Origin: Octopus sinensis
Taxonomy: Eukaryota
Length of the DNA: 64,000 nucleotides
Assembly: GCF_006345805.1 (NCBI RefSeq)
Contig: NC_043002.1
Coordinates: 38,316,001 to 38,380,000, forward strand
Direction of reading: 5' to 3'
This document shows, piece by piece, positions 55,623 through 64,000 of this stretch. Position 1 is the stretch's first letter. Every line of letters starts with the position of its first letter. The translations under genes and the position numbers were made by a program. The notes beneath the pieces are model-generated. The model saw only the letters and a list, made by a program, of their open reading frames with translations, was not told the origin of the DNA and searched no databases.

Positions 55623-55945
55623 CGTGGCAATGTAGTAAGAAGTTTGCCTCTCAACTACATGGTTCCAGGTTCAATGTCACAGCGTGGCACCTTGGTAAGT
55701 ATCTTTTGCTCTAACTCCGGAACAGCCAAAGATTTGCGATTGGATTTATAATAATAATGAAATTATTGTATACAGTGCTTAGGTGCTTTTGTTTAACGGA
55801 AACCGATAGAATTCCGCCGCATATATGTATATACATACACACGTGTGTGTGTGTGTGTCTTTGTATACGTGTGTGTGATTGTGTGTCATTATGGTTGTGT
55901 TTGTCTCACCGCCACCGTTTGTCAACCGGCATGGCCTCGTTTTAT
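55623..55945 (+). mobile_element. Degenerate SINE (main family)
   Basis: gtaagaagtttgcctctcaactacatggttccaggttcaatgtcacagcgtggcaccttgg head. Confidence 0.7.
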
Positions 55946-56869
55946 TTTTTAAACAAACAAAAGATAAACGAAGTTATCTTTAAAAAGAACCAAATACAAT
56001 GGGTATCATTATTAATAGCTTCCACAGCGAGTGTCTTGCGAGTGTCGCTCTCTCACAGAAAAATAGCACTACATCAATAGAAGTGCAACTATATACTACG
56101 CATAAAATAAGCTTAGTAGTGATATTACATCAATAATATCAACAAATTCTTCCCTTTCAGAGTTACTCAAGAATATTAGAGATTAACAGCGGGAAAGGGT
56201 TTCAAATACAAAGTGTATTCTGTCCCTGTATCAGAGATTATATATTTCTGACATGGATAATATTCTATATTTTAAACCTGCATCTAAGATGCTTGAAGTT
56301 GTATAACATAAGCAATTAAATTGTTTAAAGGAACTTGTTTAGATAAAAGTTTAATTGCTACGAGATTCGGTGGCCTACAGTGGGTGATTAAGATGAGCAA
56401 CCTAGCATAAAGGCATAAAAAAATTGTATATGCACAAACACTATAAAAATTCTGTAATGTATTGGCTGATATAAAAAGTGGACTCCTAACTTAGGTGGTT
56501 AAGGCATTATGTGCCTGGGACGTACATTATGCTGACGGTTGATGAATGTATAGCCGGTCTACAAGGAAGATACTTGATATCTTTCAATTCGGCTACATGA
56601 TGGTTTGGATGAGCAAATACGTAGAAGACATTCGACTCACAAAGGAGAAGAGTTCCTTCAATTTGCGTTCGAGAAGTATGTTCTGGAGAAGAATGTTTTC
56701 GGGGCTATGCGAACTGCCGCAGTCAGTTTTCTTTTTTCAAATTATTCACTCACGTTCGACCTGTGCCATTTTATTGTATTCATTTATTTTCTGTGTGTGT
56801 GTGTGTATGTGTTATCTATTTCCACTTTTGTTTCTGCTTTCATTCAAAGTTGTTTGGCTGTTCCTGCAT

Positions 56870-57425
56870 AGATATCGAGTGCACTTGTTGTCTAGGATAT
56901 ATTTCATGCCGGATAGGTGAAAGGAACCACTTTTGTCTGAAGCAGATATACCGAATTTCACTGCCGTTCGGCACGCCGTTAATTCACTGTTTTCGTGGAT
57001 TATATTTGTCAGCCTAAAAGCATTGAGACTAATTTCCAAATTCGGTGGTGAATCCCAGGCCAACATGAAACGTGGCTCGTGATAACGGAGCCAAAGTAGG
57101 CGAACTCATGCACTACTTCCAGTTTTCAGTTATTGATAGTAATAGGATATGATTCATCAACGCAGTTTCTTCTTCTTCAGGATGATGGCCAAATGGATGT
57201 CTTGAAAGTCTCATGAAAGACTCTCCAAGAGGTTTGTGGTTGCTCCTCCGAGTGTGATACAAGAGCCCCATCGTTTGCAAACAGCATATCACTGATAGAT
57301 ACTTTGCGTGTTCTGGTTTTCACCTCAAGTCGAAACAGGAAGAACAGTTTCTCATGCGGTTGTGTATGAAGGTAAACAGATTCCTTTTCTGTTTCGAAGA
57401 TGCCGAACAGAATGAGAGCATGCAC
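56870..57425 (-). pseudogene. RTE/BovB-like LINE reverse transcriptase fragment
   Basis: VYLHTQPHEKLFFLFRLEVKTRTRKVSISDMLFANDGALVSHSEE resembles the RTE-type motif (VYLHTRSDGKLFNLARLRAKTKVRKVLIRDMLFADDAAL); downstream SFHLSGMKYILD. Confidence 0.82.
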
Positions 57426-57472
57426 ATTTGCGTGCGCGCTTGTGTGAATAAGCAAGTGTGTGTGTTTGTGAG

Positions 57473-57508
<36 letters not shown>

Positions 57509-57510
<2 letters not shown>

Positions 57511-57722
57511 CGCAGGAGTGGCTATAGGCGCAGGAGTGGCTATAGGCGCAGGAGTGGCTATAGGCGCAGGAGTGGCTGTGTGGTAAGTAGCTTGCTAACC
57601 AACCACATGGTTCCGGGTTCAGTCCCACTGCGTGGCACTTTGGGCAAGTGTCTTCTGCTATAGCCCCGGGCCGACCAATGCCTTGTGAGTGGATTTGGTA
57701 GATGGAAACTGAAAGAAGCCTT
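57509..57722 (+). mobile_element. SINE 5' half (main family) with a quadruplicated 5' end
   Basis: ggcgcaggagtggct at 57509, 57527, 57545 and 57563, then the normal head. Confidence 0.88.
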
Positions 57723-58132
57723 TGTTCGCATAAACTGTCCCGTTTGTTGTATTTTTTTTTCTCATATATTACCACTTTTTTACATTCATTTCATGCTTTC
57801 CACAGTTTCCTGCATTTTTGTTCTCCTTTCCGTCTTTCTTCCCTCTCTGGATGTCCATACTCTGTTTCCTCTGCCTGCACCCCCTTTTTCTGCCTCCCCC
57901 TCTCTCTGCTTCCCTTCTTTCTTTCCCTTTTCCGTTTGCCCCGTCTTTTCTGCCCCTATCGCTTATTTATCTAATTTTTTCATACGATTATTATTTTTTT
58001 GTTTTTTTGAACGTTTGTTTCTTCTTTTTTTTTTCGCTATCCTTTTTTATCTATTTTTTTCATACGATAATTTTTTGTTTTTTGTTTTTTTTTTGTTTTT
58101 TCGAACGTTTGTTTTTTTTCTGCTATCCCATC

Positions 58133-58790
58133 ATGCCGGATCCTAGGTCTACCTCCTCACCCTCCATCATCGTTTGAAGGATCATCTCCGTTCACTTCCT
58201 GTATATTGCCTTCAGCCGTCCGTTAATCTCTCTTTACTTCTTTTTAAAAAAACCCGCTTCTCTAGCCATGTCTCTTTCCTAAGCCGCTGCCTACATCACC
58301 GACTCATCCCTAAAGGTTTCCGCCTCCACTTCCACCCTGCTCTCCACTCGGATTCTTCCATCTTACCCATACTCCGCACCACATCTTACCGCCTTATGCG
58401 GGCCACCATTCGCTCCAATCTCTCTAAACTACATACCATCAACCGCCTTCTTCCTCCTGCTTTCTCCACCTTCTTCTCCTCTCTGCCGCCTCTCTATGCT
58501 CCAAACACGCTACGCTTCATTATCCATTTGAATCAACTCTTCCATCAATTTCTTTCTGATACCAAACTTCGTAAACTCCAATCACTCTTCCATTCCACCC
58601 TACCCGACGCCACTACCCCAACTCCTCCACCACCCTTCTCCCCTCCCGATAGGCTCCATCCACCCACACCTAACCCCACTACCCCTCCCTACAACCCCTT
58701 CTCCCCTCCCGATAGGCTCCATCCACCTACACCTAACCCTACTGCCCCCCCAACCACCACCCCACACACCTCCCCAATCCCTCCCCCTCA
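58133..58790 (+). pseudogene. PLE ORF N-terminal region, 3'-truncated
   Basis: RFSSHVSFLSRCLHHRLIPKGFRLHF resembles PLE N-terminal motifs from recall. It is followed by a Pro-rich tract with an about 63-bp internal duplication, and cut by a SINE tail. Confidence 0.55.
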
Positions 58791-58792
58791 GA

Positions 58793-58845
58793 CCTCCAGC
58801 ATGGCCGCAGTCAAATGACTGGAACAAGTAAAAGAGTAAAAGAGT
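58793..58845 (+). mobile_element. SINE 3' tail fragment (also at 26824-26870 and 36079-36125)
   Basis: ctccagcatggccgcagtcaaatgactggaacaagtaaaagag. Confidence 0.8.
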
Positions 58846-59013
58846 ATACCCTTCTTTGGATCTTTCCTTTTCCTATGTTTCTGACGAAGAGCTCCGCTCG
58901 AAACGTTAAACCCTCCTTCTTTCCTTTTTTCCTGAGCGTCCAATAATACTATACTTGTTCCACGTCCTCGCGTTGTTGTGCTTTCTCTTTGTGTTTTCAT
59001 GTTTGGATTAACT
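58846..59013 (+). mobile_element. Family B hammerhead pseudo-LTR element
   Basis: Homologous to 36262-36385 and 54305-54405; 3' end in (TA)n. Confidence 0.75.
58877..58911 (+). ncRNA. Intact minimal hammerhead ribozyme (ACGU palindromic stem III)
   Basis: GTTT-CTGACGA-A-GAGC-TCC-GCTC-GAA-ACGT-T-AAAC; canonical core, 4-bp stems I and II. Confidence 0.75.
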
Positions 59014-59086
59014 ATATATATATATACATCGTCATATTGGACCACTGAATTCAACATTTTTTTCATTCTCCCAATTTAGTTCCTCT

Positions 59087-59210
59087 TATTCCTTTCTGTT
59101 GAAGAGTGTAGGTTCAAAACGTAAATGACTTTTCCATTTTTCCAGAACGTCAAACTAATACACACTTGCTTGTTCCTACACCACCCTTTGTCTTTGTTTT
59201 TCCATTTGAA

Positions 59211-59215
<5 letters not shown>
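59087..59215 (+). mobile_element. Family A-related pseudo-LTR element (diverged)
   Basis: CTTT-CTGTTGA-A-GAGT-GTAG-GTTC-AAAACGT-A. Confidence 0.6.
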
Positions 59216-59220
<5 letters not shown>

Positions 59221-59248
<28 letters not shown>

Positions 59249-59258
59249 CATACATACA

Positions 59259-59292
<34 letters not shown>

Positions 59293-59494
59293 CATACATA
59301 CACACACCACACACGTATGCGTATAGGTACATATGTGAATGCTTCTATATATTTGTGTTTAAACACATCACCATTCCGACAAACAAGCCGCCGCACTTGC
59401 GTGCTTCTACAGCGGTATGCGTTCATTTCATATAGATACATACATACATACATACATACATACATACATACATACATACATACATACATACATG

Positions 59495-59526
<32 letters not shown>

Positions 59527-59677
59527 CATACATACATACACACACCACACACGTATGCGTATAGGTACATATGTGAATGCTTCTATATATTTGTGTTTAA
59601 ACACATCACGATTCCGACAAACAAGCCGCCGCACTTGCGTGCTTCTACAGCGGTATGCGTTCATTTCATATAGATAG
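59221..59677. repeat. 240-bp tandem duplication containing (TACA)n
   Basis: cacacaccac at 59301 and 59541; the unique portions are nearly identical. Confidence 0.92.
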
Positions 59678-59989
59678 ATAAACTTTTTCTATCAGAGTAA
59701 AAGAAAAAAGAAACACCATCGACTATGCCACCGTCACTACCAACAACAACACCAACATCAACAAAGAAAATTATGTAACTGTGGCAGACTTTCAATAAAA
59801 AAAGAGAATTTAATTCTACTGATTTAATTTTCTTTTTCCTTTCATTTTATATAAATAATTTTATTCACATAATTTACTACTTTGTATTAGAAACATCCTC
59901 TTTGAAAAGCCTATTCCCTTTTATCTTTTGTCAACTTTCGATTGGAGACCACTGTCGCTACAAACTGTGTTATTCTTCTTCAAAACACC

Positions 59990-60004
59990 TGTTTTCTATC
60001 TTTT

Positions 60005-60037
<33 letters not shown>

Positions 60038-60790
60038 CTTCTCTTCTTCTTCTTCTTCTTCTTCTTCTTTCTTCTTCTTCTTTCTTCTTCTTCTTCTTCT
60101 TCTTCTTCTTCTTCTTCTACCCATCCCCTTCTTCTTCTTCCCATCCCCCTCTTCTTCTTCTGCTTCTTCTCCTTCTTATTTTTCTTCCTTTCTCTCGCTT
60201 CCTCCTGCTGTTCCTCCTCCTCCTCCTCATCATCATCATCATCATCATCTTGTTCTTGTTCTTGTTCTTCTTCTTCTTCTTCCTCCTCCTCCTTATCCAC
60301 ATCTTCCTCCCCCCTTGTTTTCTCCTGTCTCCTCTTCGTTTCTCCTTCCGCCTCCTTCTCTTCCTTTTCTTCTTACACTTCCTTCACTTCTTCCTTCTAC
60401 ACCTCTCCTTCTTCTCCCTCCTCCTGTTCCTCCCCTTCTTTCTCCCCTTTCTCCTCCTCGTCTTCTTCCTCCTCGTTCTCTTCTTTCTCATCATCATCAT
60501 CATCTCGTTGATTGCCCTAGCTCCTCTAACGCCATCATAACTTTTTCTCTGTCCTCTTTTCCTCGCACAAACACCACCCCACTTGTTTATTTCTCCACCA
60601 CAAAAAGCCAGCATCACTGTTATTCTCATACTCACTGCTTAGTTCATCCTCAACAGCAGCAACAACAATCACATGACTATGATAATAATGATGATGATGA
60701 TGATGATGATCGTCATCATCATCAACATCATCATCGACGTCGTCGTCATTATTATCGTTATCATCGTTTTCATCATTATTATCATGTTTG
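59990..60790. repeat. (CTT)n/(CCT)n/(CAT)n low-complexity array
   Basis: Direct reading; source of the 299/212/189-aa ORFs. Confidence 0.9.
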
Positions 60791-60934
60791 GTATTGCATG
60801 AGTAAGCGTGAAAAATTTGGTTTGTGAAACTAAACGTGTATATCTTTGTTAATCTATTTAGGCTACTATCGAGTACAAACTTGACTACAAAATCTGAGGG
60901 CAAATTATGCATTATTTTACATACACACATACAT

Positions 60935-60981
<47 letters not shown>

Positions 60982-63900
60982 CTTTGCAAATACCTTTGCC
61001 AAAGTTAACTTTCCATACACACATGGTAGAAATTTACAGATTTACCATAAACAGCATATAGAAGCGTTATTTATAAAGCTCTATTCATTAGTGTTTTTAA
61101 CTACTTGCCAGTTAATTAAAATTTATTATTTATTTTTAGATTCTGTAATCTATTGCAAATAACGACTATGGAAGGGAAGGTTAAGCTTTGCTATGGTTGT
61201 AAAATCTGTGAGAAGAAAATTAATTCATACTAACAAATGAACCACCATTCAACTAAAATTGGATAAAAAAAAAAAGTTTAAAGAAACTGGGTTAACGAAT
61301 GATAGGTTACGACCCAGCTACTCACCAATTAGTAGCATATGTGTGTCTGTGGATTGTTATCCAGTAAGCATGTGCCATAAGTCTAAGAAAATCATTCTGG
61401 TTTGCATCTGCTTAGCTAAATATTCCTCCGTTGGCAGTGTACAATATTCTGAAATAAAACTAAATAATGTTCGCAAGTAAATTGACATGATTACAAAATT
61501 CATTGAATAAATCTTACAAGAATATTATTATAAAAGAGTGGATTCCCGTTAGCAGATAATTTCTAAAAATTGTCAATGTCAGTGATTGTTTTAGTCAAGA
61601 CGAAATTTTGTGATGAAGCATATTTTCACATTAGTAGTGAATCACTACAACTATCACATTCAGAGGAAAAGCAAGAGAAACCCTAAGAAGTCTGGCAACG
61701 TGATTCTCTGCAAATCAATGTTTCGTGCATCCTTAGGAAGCCATGCATTATATACATCCCACATTTGTTCTTTTTTTAAACAAACATTGTGAATGCTACC
61801 CTGCATTTTTGTAGAATTTCATCATGGCTGAGATAGCGAATCTTCTTTCAGATAACACCTGTTTTAATAAGACGGCACGCCATGACATTATGGTGTTTGA
61901 ATGATTACTTACCAGATTAGCGTATTGGTTTTGCCGGCCCAAATGCTTGGCAACTACTTCCCCTATGCTGACCCCAGTGGTCTGTTTTTATAGGGGTCAT
62001 AGCAACGCAGTTATCTATTGAGAAACAGCATTATCAAGATAATAGTATGGTAAAATCACTGAAGTAATCCCAAAAAGTATTGAGCAGTAAGAGAAAATGT
62101 TTTCTCTGAGTTAGAAAACATATTACACGATGTGCCACAAAGGAATGCTGTCAAGTTGAAATAAGAGTTGATATCGCATAAGAAATGTATAAATAAAGTT
62201 CTTAAAGACAGTCAGAAGTGTATTTGTATCATATGTAGATCCAAAATTATTAACATTTATATCTGAATATTAATATATATCTGAATATCAATATATGTCA
62301 ATATGCAAAACGGTACCTAAGGAATGAAGCAGTAACATAAAAAGGATACTTAACACGGGTATTTCTAATATTTTAATAATCTGAGTGGCAAGTACAAAAT
62401 AACATAGTTTTTAAAGGCTGTCATGTGGTAGAGGCAAAATTCATGATCTTCCTCTGAGACTGATCTAATCAGCACTGTTAATATTCTGTGAAGTCGACAA
62501 AAGACTTTCAATGTAGCCGTTCAGTATGCTACAAGTCAAATTTCTTTCAAATCACCACCACTATTTTCAAAAATATAATATAAAAGTAATATCACGGAAA
62601 ACATACACATCTCTCAATCCTTATGTATGGTATATTTCTATATTAAAAGTCAGAATGACATTTTTTCTCGCGAAAAGATTCCAAACGCTTGAAACTTGTA
62701 ATTTTGCACGTGGATAAGAACTATAATGGTTATCAGTTAATTTGGCTCAAGCCTCCCCAACCGCATCACGACTCCAAATTCATCTATTTCACCTACTGCA
62801 CTCTGGATGTTTCGATCCTTGAGCAAATTTCTTCATTCCCCAAGTATACCTTTTCACATCAACCCTACTTGATATCGATGACCTCGGATAATTCAGCACT
62901 CAAAAAACTTACTGAGCTTCTACTGTAGGTGCAGAAACCGAAATTAGGCCGTCCTAAAACTAGTTTTATCCTTTACAATGATAGACACACATATATTCCA
63001 GACACCTTTGATATTTTTCTTTACATCCAGACAGAGCTTCTTCCAAAACATCGACGTCATTATAATTATCTCCTCGTCCGTCACAGTGTTAAGGTAATTA
63101 ACTTTTACACACTTGCATACTACGCAACACATTCGTCGTTAGCTGCTATCGGAATGTGTTTCTCGTTTTTTATGATCTTACACATTCAGATTACACCTCG
63201 AATTAATTAATTTTGCACATAAAATATTTGTTGTTGTTATTGCCTAGCCTCAGTTGAGATTTGACCGAACAGTATTATAGTCAAATCATTCTTGTCTTAC
63301 AGTTGAGTTGTGAATATCCAGTAATTGAATAGGGATGCGCCCGTATACACGCACACTCACAGGCACGCACACACACACAAGATAGATAGATAAGTTTCTT
63401 TATTGGCCACACAGAGCTGCACACAGATGGGACAAGTTACAAGGTAGAGCTTTTCTTTTGGGGGATGAAAAAAAACCAAAAACAAAAGAAACAAAAAAAA
63501 GGGGGTGGCGTAGGTTTTCGATCAAGAGGGATCGTAAAAGGGAAGAAAAGAACAAAAAATAAATAAATAAATAAAATAAAAAAGAAAAAAAGAAAAAAAA
63601 GAAAAGGAAAAGGAACAAAAGAGAAGAGAAATGAAAAAAAGAAGAAAAAGGGGAAAAAAAGGGGAAAGGAAAAAAACGATCAATAGGGATCGTGTTATGA
63701 TATATGGTGTAAAGCAAGTAAGGTTTATCCGTGGGAAGAAAAGCCTACGAAAAAGACCACGTTAACCTTGGTCAATATTGTTATATGTTACCACATTTGT
63801 TTGCAAGTGGGCAACCCTCTGTTTTCAATTTCTGGGTTCATAGGATTATGCTCAAGGTGGCTTCATCATTCATACGTGCCATCCTTGCTACATTCACCCA

Positions 63901-64000
63901 TCTTTTTTTTAAACATTCGCTAGACAAAACTTGCCTCTCTACTCTCACTTTCCTTTTCAAGTGGTACTTGAATAAGTTGATGAGAGATTGACCAGAGAGG

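Overview
AT-rich, microsatellite-saturated metazoan intergenic/intronic DNA. It is most likely an octopus/coleoid cephalopod: inferred from the SINE families and repeat style, not proven. The only recognisable host coding sequence is a single uninterrupted INO80E-like ORF (33958-34695, +) with a probable C-terminal frameshift. The rest is dominated by Penelope-like retroelements (PLEs): one near-complete degenerate element with an inverted 5' pseudo-LTR (13.5-18.1 kb) and four further coding fragments. There are also RTE LINE pieces, a Tc1 remnant, Helitron ends and about 12 tRNA-derived SINE copies. The most interesting layer is invisible to the ORF track: about a dozen minimal type-I hammerhead ribozyme (HHR) motifs in at least five sequence families, read by eye from CUGANGA/GAAA cores and their stems. 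Each family has its own palindromic stem III (ACGU, AGCGCU, ACAAUUGU, ACCGGU). The set includes a family-fixed A6U core variant and a compensatory U3:A8 variant, and several motifs sit as outward-facing pairs in fold-back elements; most copies abut (TA)n. An intact antisense HHR lies about 70 bp upstream of the INO80E start codon. Nearly all long ORFs in the supplied track are microsatellite artefacts. Coordinates were counted by eye, and element edges are approximate.
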